A program made the position numbers and the translations under genes. A stretch of DNA of 62,218 nucleotides, filler included, from Nemertoderma westbladi (Eukaryota > Animalia > Xenacoelomorpha), in assembly GCA_032718475.1 (NCBI GenBank). It is 3 parts of 3 records of this genome, joined end to end, with 100 filler letters (N's around TTAATTAATTAA, not from the genome) between each part and the next. Parts side by side here need not be neighbours in the genome. Positions count along the whole stretch, not along the records: positions 31,889 to 50,544 come from JAUCBJ010003159.1; positions 50,645 to 62,218 come from JAUCBJ010006161.1; 1 more part is not named here. One strand, given 5' to 3'. Within the stretch, counting starts at the first letter, position 1; the number at the start of each line of letters is the position of its first letter. Below are positions 40,198 through 52,406 of this stretch, one piece after another. The notes under the pieces are model-generated. The model worked only from the letters and a program-made list of their open reading frames with translations. It was not told where the DNA came from and did not search any database.

Positions 40198-41053
40198 TAC
40201 AGGAAACTTTACTGGGAAAATTACATTCATATTTCCCAGACAAAATACTTAGGATCCATCTCCCGTAAATATATGTTTCAATTATACTGTAGTTGGTTTC
40301 ACATGCTACCCTAAATACGGGGTGTGATACATTATAATTTTAATTTAATATAACATTAAATATCAGTATTATATTTCAAAAATTTAATATTACTTAACGT
40401 GTTAACTATTAACCGTTTAACCCCTACTTCCCCATGTCAAAAATGTTTCATATTTTGGAAACTAACTCAAAATGGCCCAATAAAAAAACTTTACTTTTAC
40501 CCTTTTGCAAAAAAGTGTTTGTTCAGAAGTTACAGCTATGTTCCATTTAAGGTGCGTTGGGCATTAGAGCACATATTTTTTTCTAAATTTTTTGGAAAGG
40601 CATTCTCCACAAACTCTATACTTTATAACACAAACTTTATAAGTTCTTACATAAATTATATAGGACCCCATTGATTGTTCAGAAGGTACTGCTGTTATTT
40701 AGGCTATTCAGCTACAGTATGGATAAGCAGGTCATCGGCTTACTGATATAAAGTAACTGGAAAAAAGTTACTGTTGTTAAGATAGGTTCCGGTAGCCGTT
40801 TATCAGATGATGTATACGGGATGTTCTGTCAGATTTACTTTCGGTTTATCGAGTTCCGTTTATAGGCCTATAGGTATATAGTATATAATGCGTAATGCCT
40901 TACCTTAGAGTGGGCCTACACGTGTAATGTAAACGTACTAGTTTACTACATAGACTAGGCCTATCAAGTTATCGACTATTGTATCAAGAAGTACATTGTG
41001 CACAAAAGTACTGTGCAAAGTACTGCTGTTCCGATCTGATGCTGATCCTTATA

Positions 41054-41242
41054 GGCCGCGTTCACACTACCGAGTCAAAGTCAAAGTCAAAAGACAAAAT
41101 GTAAAAAAAATAAAAAGAAATTCATTTTTTTTAGAACGCCATTATGTATTATATTAGGCCTATATAATGTATTATTATTTATTATTGCTAGCTAGCTATA
41201 TTTATTTTCTTTTGACTTTGAATCGGTAGTGTGAACGCGGCC
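41054..41242. mobile_element. MITE (PIF/Harbinger-like TIRs)
   Basis: GGCCGCGTTCACACTACCGA ... TCGGTAGTGTGAACGCGGCC form perfect 20-bp TIRs, with TTATA on both sides. Confidence 0.85.
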
Positions 41243-41289
41243 TTATACTGTTATTGGACGGATCAATAAAGGTACGTGCCATAATTGCA

Positions 41290-41815
41290 TGCCTGCCAGA
41301 CCTGCAGGACTCACAGATAGAAAATGCCCTCCTCCGCTCCTGCTTGCCCGAAGGTCGCCTTCGCCCTGCGCTGTTGCCCTCCATCTCTGGTAGGGCGGTA
41401 TTCCTTGGAATTCGACCTCATCATGCGTGACTCCTTGTCTGACCTGGTCGGAGGTTCGCTCTCCGACTGGTCATTCAACAAGGCATGCCTTCCAACCGCT
41501 GTGGGAGGTCTAAGCCTGCGCAAGGCAACTGACCATGCACCAGCTGCATATGTAGACTCCGTTTGCCAGTCTGGACCCCTTGTTTCCCTCATCCTTGGCC
41601 ACCAACCAGCCAACCCACACCTAAATCCTGCCCTAACCTCCCTGTCCACATCTGCAGAGAAAACCGAGAGGATATCAACCTCCGCTCTTCCTGTCCCCAC
41701 CACCCAGCAAACCTGTACATACCCTCACTGAGGCCGGGAGTGTAAGATCGTGGCCCACGCCGAGGAGTGTCACAGCTCCGGGGTCGGGTTCACCCCATTT
41801 GTTTCTGCTGTCTCT
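41290..41815 (+). mobile_element. CRE-clade-like (RLE) non-LTR retrotransposon fragment
   Basis: PKVAFALRCCPP..FD..MRDSL..LVG..ACLPTAVGGLSLRKA..HAPAAY is a post-RT motif, followed by CHSSGVGFTPFV. Confidence 0.65.
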
Positions 41816-41976
41816 TGTTTGTCCTTATATATATAATCTTATTAATTAATAAAAAATATTGTTACATTGAAAAAAAATAGTAATACGAACTAGCTAAAAA
41901 AATATACTGATCTACACTGTGTTCTGCTGTACCTAGGCCTTCACTGTACCTACAGTATAGACCTATGCAATATACT

Positions 41977-42587
41977 ACACGTTCGTGGGGACTTCGCGCA
42001 GCACGTAGTCGGCAAGCCTTGGCATACGGTTCATATAGAGCAAATGGGGCATGTCTAGTTTGGACCCCATATCCCATGCTATAAATGTATTCATTCGATA
42101 TACAATCATATGTTAATCCGCTAGGTGGTGTCAAATTGTTATTCTGCAATTTCGTACTTACCAGTGCAGCACTGTACAGCAGTACCGTACCGGTAGGCCT
42201 ATGTCATTACTTCTGAGTCTCTAGGGGATCCCCAATTAAATGTCTTAACTTTTCAATTTCGTAAAAGATAGACTTCATGATTCTCTACAGGCCACCAAAT
42301 TTTCAGCTCAGGAAAATGAGGCCTTCCCGAGAAATTTAACATTTTCTAAAAACCACATAATCTGTCGTAGCTGACGTCAGACTGCATGATTTTTCACCAA
42401 ACTTTACAAACTTTCTAAACTTTCTCTCTACTACTTACCTACTAAGTTTGGTTCAATTCCGAACGAGCGATGCCGAGAAATTCGCGTTCAAACATTTACC
42501 AGACAGACGGACAGACAGACGGACATGCCCCATTTGCCCTATATGAACCGTATGCAAAGGCTCGCCGACTACGTGTCTCGCCCCACA
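41977..42587 (-). mobile_element. HINE-like element of the same family as 22618-24189, with 54-bp subterminal inverted repeats
   Basis: Minus-strand 5' TGTGGGGCGAGACACGTAGTCGGCGAGCC, a (GTCY)n microsatellite at ~42500, IRs at 42002-42055 / 42522-42575, and 3' CGTGCTGCGCGAAGTCCCCACGAACGTGT. Confidence 0.8.
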
Positions 42588-45500
42588 CAGTACATTCGAC
42601 AATCGAGTTATGTTCTTCACATTTCCACTGGTATTTGGACAACTTGTAGACATTTTTTCAAAGTTGATCAAAATTAGGTCAAGAAAATGTAATTTATGTC
42701 AGGTCAGGTTAAGTCAGGTCTAGAATGTGGACTGTATGACAGCTAAACGAGGTAAAATGATGCCTAATAGCAATATATTTGTACAGTAAATATAACTGTT
42801 AGTACTGTATATGAAGCAATTAAAAAAAAATGTCAAAAAAAATGTGTTTGAAGTCCCAACGCACCTTAAATGGAACATTCCACTTTGCTGCAGTATTAAA
42901 CATTGTTAAATAAAAATTTGAAAGCTAAAACTGATAAAAATTATTAACATAGCATTCAGACCAACAGGAAAGCTAATTTTCGAAAAATTTTGACCACCCC
43001 ACATCTCATAATTTTAACATTCAAAAAGAAACCTAAATTTTTCAAAAATGGCACTTTTCAACAGGTAATTTCCAGTTTTGAAATTGATAAAATTTGATCA
43101 AGTAAGGTGTCATTATGTGAGGAAACATGTAATTTACCCATATCAAAAACAAAATCACGTTTTTTTCAAAGCAGCAGCCCATATACCATGTTCCATTTAA
43201 GGTGCAATGGGCGTTAAACGGTTAAGAGTAGGTTGTTATTGTATAGCACATTTTAAATTCAAGAGGACAACATATCACATTACATCTCAAAACATTCAAT
43301 AATGAAATAATGTCAAAAGAGAAGAGTTTTTACAATTCTATAAAAGTTATTAAATGAAACTGAACCTCATATTTTGCACAGCAGATAACCTTGTGGGGTG
43401 GGTGAAAATGAGGGAAATTCAACCTGTATCACAATTATGTTTATTATATTTTTGAATATCTCTAATCAATTTTCACGAAATCTGTTGGTTTTTTATCAAT
43501 AAAAAGCCAATATTCGGATCTCTGCACTTTAATACAATTGTCCAGAATAACAGCAACCACTCCTTACCGATTACCATTTACCTCGGGTATTTGCTGGGTT
43601 TTGTAAGACTCCTATAGATTGTAACTGGACCTGGTTCGCCGAACTAGAACATTAACTTGAGTGTTGAAGGAAGCGATAGTTAAACAAGTTTTGCAAAATT
43701 AGCATTTATATAACGCTATGATGCGATGGATTGAATGCCACTCAAAGTTAAGATTAGTGAGATCAGTGATCTGTTAACTTTATTCCTATAATATAATGTA
43801 AATGCACTACTACCTTTGCGCAATAAATAATACCCTGCCGTATTCCGTACGTACCATAATTGGAACGCAATGATTAATGAATGTTTTAAATTTAAATTTC
43901 AAGCAACTTTTTAAAAATATCCAATTTCGAAACAATATAAATTAAAGGAAATATCCAGGTTTTTATTGACTTACCAAGGATATATAGGATAGCCCTAACT
44001 ATTAGATGTACTGTATAAAACAGAAAGCACTCACACTGTCACACAATAAGGTCGCGAACAAGTAGTCCTAAGTTAATCCAATATAAGAGTTAATTTAATA
44101 CCTTCCGCTCTACAAATCTGCCAGGACCTTTTCATTGACATGCATGAACTAAAGACCAACACAATATCTTACAATTTTCTTACCAATTTGCTTTTTAGTT
44201 TAGGAATTGTCCTTTGGATATAAATTAGTAAATGCAAAGGACAATTACGTTTCAATATATCGCTCTCTCTAGCGCATTACGTATTCTTTGATGATAACTG
44301 AAATCTAAGACTTGTTTACATTCAGTTTTCTGTAATCTAATCATGAATGCAGAGAACTGCGACTGGCTGCTTGCATGTTTATAATGTTACCGACATCAAA
44401 AAGTATATCGAGAAAATAATGGAATAACAAATACTTAAACAACACTCTGGGGTTTCTTGATCATCCATGTCTTATTGCCATAGTTAAAGCTAGGCGCAGC
44501 AGGATGACTCCTTTTAGGCGAAGGAACTGAATACTATAATATTTTCCAGTATTTCAGGAAATGAAACTAAATCCAACGTAATCTTTTAGTTAATTATCGC
44601 GAATCTCATTAATTTTGCTTAAAGATTACTGATTAATGGCTAATTTGGTAGTAAAGCTTTTCGGATAAGTAAGATATTTCTTTATTAGCGGAATAAAGTA
44701 AAAGGCAGGGGCTACAGCAAGCAAGTAATGCTAGTATTAGAGGAAATAGGTGGTTATAATGTAATAATTAATCATGTTGATAACAGTTGAACTCATACAT
44801 AAATACTGCAAAGTTCTTAGTCCCTAATTAAGCCCCCTAATACGACTAAACACTACATTAGCTACTCAAGCTCTACCTGTGCCGATAAGAAGAGGTGCAC
44901 TCTCTCTTGGCTGTTACCATTAAGGCAAGGTCAGTGCAACACTGATTATCATGGTTAGGCACTGCGTAACATACAATATTTTAACATACAATATGTGAGG
45001 TTTGATCAAGAAACCGAGTAAACCTTTACAAAAAAGAAATGTGGTTTATTAATGATTCAAAGAAACATTTTTATGCTGAATGGAACACAGAACTCAGATT
45101 TAATAACGTGTTGTCAAGATGATGAGAATTGAAAATTAGCAGTTTTATGACCAAATATTAACAAAGTTTTGATAAAATCGACTTTTAAGTTATGAGAGTT
45201 TCAAACGTTCCGCAAATTTTCTGATTTGGGGGGATTTTTTAAATTTAAAATTTTATGATATTTTTCAAAGCAGAAATGTAAAAATTAGGTACATGTCAGA
45301 ATTCAGATAAAAGTCAGTGTATGTACTATTAGCGAACATGTTTTATTTTTATTACTACTGGAGGTCACTGTGTCCGTCTGTTTGTCTGTCAAGAAATATA
45401 TAAAATAAATAAATAAACCACACCACCCAATTTTTTGGTAAGGGGATTTTACTTGCCGATGATTTCAATTACGATGTCGGTTTTCACTATTTGCCAATTC

Positions 45501-46339
45501 TAAACTTTTGCCTGCCTGTCATACAGTCTGCCTGTCATTGTGTCTGTCAAAATTTAATTTAAATTTAATTTACCTGGGCAGTGATTATAAACATTCCTCA
45601 CAATTCCCCATGCCCCTCCCCCCCTGTCTACGCCCTGTTACGGACGCCACGGTACCAAGCCGCACCATAATTACAAAATTGTAGAATTACAGAAGTTCAA
45701 CCTACATAAATGTAGTTGTTATATAATAATCAAGATAGTAATCTTTCACAAATTATTTACTCGTCATATTTAATATAAGAGGTGTTGCTATGGCAGTTTC
45801 CTCAGTTGCTATGTTTAAGACCATCTAAAAAACCAACGCAATCGTTTGGTGAAGTCTATACCCAATTTTTTATAATGTTCCATATCTGTACTAAACATCT
45901 ATGTAGGGTAGCTTAGTCATATATCAAATTCCTACGGGGTCATAGGCTGGAGCCCGTACTAAATAGTTCCGTGATCTATAATAATTTTGACGCATCCGAG
46001 TGACGCATCCGAATGACGCATCCGAGTGCGATTATCCCAGGTATTTATTACTAGTCCCCCCCCCCCCCCCCCCCCCCACAACCAGATCAATTATTTTACA
46101 CAATATAAATGTTAATATAATAATACTTAATTTTTTTAATAATACAAATTTATAAAATAAAAGCAATAATTAATTTTTTGGAAATATTTTTCTTTATTTA
46201 TTTAATTCAATTAGATATTTTTAAAAATTTCCAAAAAATAATAGTTAACAATTAACCAATTACAGCGAATTTTAATTATTAAATTAGCAATAACGACGGG
46301 ATTGGCGACCGGCATATTCATTAATTATCTCATCTGTTG

Positions 46340-46989
46340 TGAGTTTAATATCTTTGTAAATGGACAGTAAAGTCAGACCAGTTAGTCGGGGTTGTGTCAT
46401 TGAGTTTAATATCTTTGTGAATGGACAGTAAAGTCAGACCAGTTAGTCGGGGTTGTGTCATTGAGTTTAATATCTTTGTAAATGGACAGTAAAGTCAGAC
46501 CAGTTAGTCGGGGTTGTGTCATTGAGTTTAATATCTTTGTGAATGGACAGTAAAGTCAGACCAGTTAGTCGGGGTTGTGTCATTGAGTTTAATATCTTTG
46601 TGAATGGACAGTAAAGTCAGACCAGTTAGTCGGGGTTGTGTCATTGAGTTTAATATCTTTGTAAATGGACAGTAAAGTCAGACCAGTTAGTCGGGGTTGT
46701 GTCATTGAGTTTAATATCTTTGTGAATGGACAGTAAAGTCAGACCAGTTAGTCGGGGTTGTGTCATTGAGTTTAATATCTTTGTGAATGGACAGTAAACC
46801 CCGACCAGTTAGTCGGGGTTGTGTCATTGAGTTTAATATCTTTGTAAATGGACAGTAAAGTCAGACCAGTTAGTCGGGGTTGTGTCATTGAGTTTAATAT
46901 CTTTGTGAATGGACAGTAAAGTCAGACCAGTTAGTCGGGGTTGTGTCATTGAGTTTAATATCGTTGTGAATGGACAGTAAAGTCAGACC
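46340..46989. repeat. Minisatellite, 61-bp unit GAGTTTAATATCTTTGTGAATGGACAGTAAAGTCAGACCAGTTAGTCGGGGTTGTGTCATT, ~10.5 copies
   Basis: Direct periodicity. The array ends at the RTE tail. Confidence 0.97.
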
Positions 46990-48005
46990 TACTACTACTA
47001 CTACTAGGATCGGCATGCTGCATTGCAGCTGCATTTTTAAGAATGCTGTGCCGGCTTATCGACAAAATTGCACCGCCACAACTCCCTATCACCCATGACA
47101 TTTGCTAGATCATCCGCATCTTCAAGGCCAGTGTCCTTTAAGATGCGTCTCAAGAAAGTCATGGGCTGTCCACCATGCTTATTCACTCCATGAGGCTGCC
47201 AAAGTACAAGATTATGCACTGGCTGGTCCTCACGGCGAAAGCAATGTCCTGCAAAGCGGAGGCGATTTTGTTCTAGTGTCAAGCTTGGGGGAACCAATGA
47301 GACACCTCCAATGTTATATAGTGTCTGGTTGGAGATGTGTGCATTGTACTTGACACAATGAACCCGGCGTAGCATTCTTGTGAATGTGCCATCCAGAGAT
47401 TTGGTGTCCTCAGCAGTTAGAGCCCAGCATGGACTCCCATAGAGGAGTACTGGAACTACTGCTGCTCTAAATAATCGGACCTTAAGTTTCCGATTAATTC
47501 TCGGTGACTTCCAAATCCTGGAAAGCCTATTCAAGGCTGCCCATGCCTTTCCCTTACGTATTCGAAGGTCCTCACCTGACTTCCGGATCCATGATCCCAG
47601 GTAACAGAAGTCGTCCACATGCTCAAGCATACCATCTTTTGAGCTTATGCTCATCCGATCAGAGACTTGCTGAGGACTTTCAAAGTTAACTGTCAAAATT
47701 TTGGTCTTTCTGGAGTTAATAAAAAGACCGACACTAGAAGCAGCATGTTCTAATGAGCTGAGGAGCCGTTGGGCTCCCTCTAGTGATTCTGAGAGTACTC
47801 CTAAGTCATCAGCAAAGTCTAGATCAGTTAGGTACTTGGCAGGATTTCCTCGACTTCTGGAGCCAGTAGGTGGAGTTATCATCACCCCATCATCATTATG
47901 ATGATCTAAGGACATGCGTAGAACATAGTCAACCAAATAATGAACAAGAATGGTGCAAGTGTGTCTCCTTGGAGGAAGCCCCATAACACTTCAAATGGTT
48001 CTGTA
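46989..48005 (-). mobile_element. 5'-truncated RTE-clade LINE, RT C-terminal half, (TAG)n tail
   Basis: ORF 47037-47984 has LDFADDL, VDDFCYLGSWI, LLYGSPCWAL and RLRFAGHCFR. LQGDTLAPFLF lies upstream in a shifted frame. The CTACTACTA tail is at 46989-47006. Confidence 0.93.
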
Positions 48006-48750
48006 AAATTTCAAAAGCCTAACTTTCGAAAATGTTCGCTCAGTTGTAAAGTAGCATTCGAAACAGGTAGCGTAGCAAAGTAACGCAGGATCATCACTAT
48101 CAATGGTAAAATAAACAATCTTTGGTTTTCTTCACCGAAACTTTAATAACTAATAATAATTTTTCACCATCGGGAATTTTTGATATTATTGATTATGATA
48201 CTTGGCAGCTTGGTATAATTAATTATATAATAATTTATACAGTGGTATTCAAAATTAGATGTAATAACTATTTACATACTTGTGTGTAAAGTAGCACTTT
48301 ACAGTTGTGATGATCCGAGTGGCTTTGTTACACGAACGAACGTTAGTGAGTGAGTCAAAATAAAGCCACGAGGATCAGAACACTGTAAAGTACTTTGCAA
48401 CATGTATGTATGTAGTTTTATTCCAAAATTTTAACATTACGAAATGATTGCACATATACAATTATGTGATAGAAACTGCACAAATTATTATTAGTTGCTG
48501 TACCTACTGTATCTATGTCAAATTGTCGGGGGTGGGGGCAATAAGCCCCTTAGCTAACCCCCCTCGTGGCCCCTCGAGCCCCGTTCTAATGAGATAGCCA
48601 GGCCCTACTGGTTGGGCATAGCTGTACCTTCGATCCTACCGGTTGGTAATGCAGTAGGCCTATCTCACACTAATTTCCACCTATTGTTCACGTCGTAGTC
48701 CACTGACGTAGCGTCATGTGATGATCCACTAGTACTTACCTTAACTTAAC

Positions 48751-48785
<35 letters not shown>

Positions 48786-49264
48786 ACCCCCCTCTAAAAT
48801 CTACAAATTGTTCCGAAAACATCCCAGTTTCTCTAAGTTCGATCATGTAGGTATCCCTAGTCTGGATCCGACCAGAAAGTACTATAAAATGTTGTCCGAA
48901 ATACACCCTCCCCCCCCCGCCCCCTCCCCCCCCTCTAAAATTCTTTCAAGTAGAGCACAATTTTCACAAAATTTGAATGTTACATTTTCGGGTAATTGTT
49001 TTTCAATACAGGTTTTCTGGGGCGCATAATACATTGGAAAATATTTAAAAATGATATGATTACCATAAATGGCTGTTTAGTCCTCTCTGCGTAGGAAGAA
49101 AATGGAAAAAACCAGTAACCAGCACTTTTCAGTTAGAACACAACATTTTTAATTCACTTATACGATGAGACTATAAATTCATATTTTCCGGTTTTCTAGG
49201 GCGCTGATTCTACTGGAATACATTTCTAATATGCCCCATCATTGCTACTTGTATTTTTCGGCGT

Positions 49265-50030
49265 AATTTGGCAAATTTTGGTGCTAGCACCAAATTTCGT
49301 ACCCATCACCAAAAAGTACAAGTTTGCGATGTCCAGTGCTGTTTAAATTGATTCCATCGGATTCAGGACCCTCATAAACCCGTATAACGCAAGAAACAAG
49401 ATGATACTATCTACTGATCAATTTGCTTATTTTCCAAAATGTTGTGCTGGCACAACAATTTTCACCCACCGGCGAAAAATACAAGTTTGAAAATTCTTAT
49501 GTAATTTTTACTGATTCCATTGAATTCAGAACCTTCACAAACCCGTATAACGCAAGAAACAATGTGACACAATCAATTGATATATTTGATGGTTTTCAAA
49601 ATTTGGTGCTAGCACCACATTTTGCACCCACTTCCGAAAAATACAAGTTTGAGATGTCTAGTTCGATAATTATATATTCCATTGAATTCAGAACAACCAT
49701 AAACCTCCAAAACGCATGAAATAAATTGTCACAAGCAATTTTATCTATTGAATGGATTTTTCAAAAATTCGTGCTAGCACCAAAATTTGCACACAGCACC
49801 GAAAAATACAAGTTTGATAGGCTTGGTTCCACTTATATATATTCCATCGAAACCAGAACCCCAAAAAAAACCCAATTGCGTGAAATACAAGTTTCAAATA
49901 ATCAATTGACAAAATTGCCATATTTCAAAATTTGGTTCTGGCACCAAAATTTGGCACCCGCCGAAAAAACCAAGTTTGAAATTTCTAAATTAATTTCTAT
50001 GAATTCCATCCAATTGCTAACATCATAAAA
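49265..50030. repeat. Degenerate ~164-bp tandem repeat (5 copies) with palindrome TTTGGTGCTAGCACCAAA, probably inside a non-autonomous element
   Basis: Palindrome at ~49275, 49441, 49601, 49768 and 49930, each followed by AAAATACAAGTTTG..TTCCAT.GAATTCAG-like text. Confidence 0.8.
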
Positions 50031-50461
50031 CCGGTATAAATCAAAAATAGAGATGATACAAATCATATTTAATGAAATGTAATTTTCAAAAAACGTCTCA
50101 AAAAATTGCCAAAAGTAGGGTAAACTAATGGTGCTATAACTCGAAAACTACCCTTTATTTTTGAAACTACTAGGAAGACAATAGATTTTTAGGAAAATAG
50201 GGGTTTAATAGGTTTAATGTTGATTAACCATTCTTGCCCTCGTGGGGCCCTCGTATCTGCTCCTAAGATTAATTTTAAAAAAATAATTAATAATGATAAT
50301 AATTAAATATATAATGTACATAGGCCAATATGATAATGCTCTCCATAGCGAAAATATAAATGTAAATATATAATATAATATAATATGTAAATATTGTCCT
50401 ATTTACATTATATATTTAATTCACCGCGTCACTCGCCCCACATCAATTCACTTATTATAAA

Positions 50462-50540
50462 TGATAATAAAAATAATAAAAATAAAAATAATAAAAATAA
50501 AAATAATAAAAATAAAAATAATAAAAATAAATAATAAAAT
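50462..50540. repeat. AT-rich simple repeat (AATAAA-like)
   Basis: Visible low-complexity run at the contig end. Confidence 0.85.
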
Positions 50541-50544
50541 GTAA

Positions 50545-50644
50545 NNNNNNNNNNNNNNNNNNNNNNNNNNNNNNNNNNNNNNNNNNNNTTAATTAATTAA
50601 NNNNNNNNNNNNNNNNNNNNNNNNNNNNNNNNNNNNNNNNNNNN
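50545..50644. other. Assembly gap / contig spacer
   Basis: 100 bp: N44 TTAATTAATTAA N44. Confidence 0.98.
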
Positions 50645-51072
50645 AGACTTGTTGCACACGGGGCTGGTAGAGTGCGAGGGGGCATTAAATGGTAAGCCAT
50701 TATGCGTACCGAAGGATTACCAAGGGTCATCGGGGGCTTTAACGCCGGCGCACATATTGAGGGGGAGGCCAGCAGAGGTGGCATGTACCAGTGAGGATGA
50801 GATAAAAGGCGGCATTCTACCGCCAAGTGACAACAAGATGAAGGGTGGCATTTTGCCACCAGGGGACGATGAGGAGTTCTGTGAGGTGGCGGAAAGACCC
50901 GATTTTAGGGTGGAGGAGAAGGGAAGGTCAATTCCAAGAGAGTTGGAATTGACAAGAAGAGTGGGGCGAAGAATAAGAGGACCTACAGGGGGGCAGTGGG
51001 AGAGTTGCCTGCTGGAAGAATCGCCCTTAGGTTGTTGAGTCATCCAATAAGTTGGACTGAGGGGGGTGGGAA
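50645..51072 (+). mobile_element. BEL/Pao LTR retrotransposon integrase C-terminal remnant with possible polypurine tract
   Basis: LHTGLVECEGALNGKPL..ALTPAHILRGRP matches the BEL pattern L.T.L.E.E..LNSRPL..LTP.H.L.G. GAGGGGGGTGGGAA is followed by TG at ~51073. Confidence 0.7.
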
Positions 51073-51287
51073 TGAGGGCGATACACCCTTCCCACAAAAA
51101 TACAATAAATAAATAAATAAATAAGTAGTAAAACACTAGTACCAAGGTACGCTGTAGGTAGAAATTATGTACGTCTGATGGGTACAGACATACCAACATA
51201 CATAATACGTAGGTCTAGGTAGTTACAATTACGTACATCGGACGGGTAAAAAAATGTACCAACGTACCTAATTTACATACGCACTAT

Positions 51288-51505
51288 TTGTGGGCACTGA
51301 GGGCACCACGTGTGAAGTTGAGGGGGGGTATGTACGCATACCGTAATAGAAGGGTACATAGTACCATAAATTTGTGGGCACTGAGGGCACCACGTGAGGA
51401 GTTGAGGGGGGTATGTACGCATACCATAGCAGAAGGGTACATAGTACCGTAAACTTGTGGGCACTGAGGTCCACGTGACGAGTTGAGGGGGGGTATGTAG
51501 GCATA
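51288..51505. repeat. ~83-bp tandem repeat, 2.5 copies (possibly within a BEL LTR)
   Basis: TTGTGGGCACTGAGG..CCACGTG..AGTTGAGGGGGGGTATGTA occurs three times. Confidence 0.85.
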
Positions 51506-52406
51506 GTAGGATAAGCCGTGTAGGCCGCACGAACTAGACTACTGTAGCGTATAGCCCGTAGTGCAGACTTAGGGTATTATTGTTACAGAGCCAGGAAACT
51601 GTCTGGTAGGAAGCTAGTACGGCAATAAGAAAACTGTAGCTAGTCTTCTCTGTATACAAGTAGGAATGGATTGCTTAATAGTCTGGTCGATAAGACAATG
51701 TACCCGGAAATAAATGTTACCAAGCTATATTTGGTTTGGTTCGAATCGCTAGGATCCCCGCTTTCGAAATCTGAAAAGTCCTCTCTTCAATAGGGTGGGC
51801 AACTCTCACAAATCCCATTTCCATAGCAACCGATATAAGAATATATATAATTACATTTAAAGCAACTGGGCTAGCTCATACCCCCACTATATCGCCAACG
51901 GAGAATTCATTGAACATATTTTAAATTCTCAGTTACCATGGCAACTGGTAGATTCACCATATCAACCATCGATTTGGCCATCTTGAGGCAACGGGACCAC
52001 CCCTACTCCTACCATGGTAACTCCTATCCCCGCTATTAATATTAATAAATTAAGGAATGATAGTTTATTAAACCAAAAATATAATAATTATTAAATATTA
52101 TCTATTTATAATAGAAATATTGAAAATTGTATATTATACCTAGAGTTTATCATGAACCAAAGTTATTATAATAAATAATATCACCCTTTATTAGTGGAAC
52201 AATTGTATCTATACACCGTTTAGTACACCATACCTGTAATAATTAATGTTACTTAAATAAACAATTAATGTTATTTATAAATAATGATTGTTAATAAATA
52301 GAAAAATAAATATAATAATGTTATTAGAAAAGAGTTAATAGTAAAGAGTTAATAGTAAAAATATGGTATTTTTGTTAATATTAATTAGACAGGGAAGTCG
52401 ATCAGG

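Larger units (their letters stand above)
40413..43221. mobile_element. Non-autonomous piggyBac-like element with TTAA TSD, containing nested insertions
   Basis: TTAA-CCGTTTAACCCC ... GGGCGTTAAACGG-TTAA. Subterminal motif ATGTTCCATTTAAGGTGC at ~40538 (+), ~42860 (-) and ~43188 (+). Confidence 0.75.

Noticed and set aside
31600-42200. Frequent TAGGCCTA octamers
   Set aside because: Scattered with no periodicity or positional logic. Likely a genome-wide compositional quirk, and enrichment cannot be tested here.
43400-45300. Possible degraded coding sequence on the minus strand
   Set aside because: Partial hand translation gave frequent stops and no recognisable motif, so it is left unannotated.
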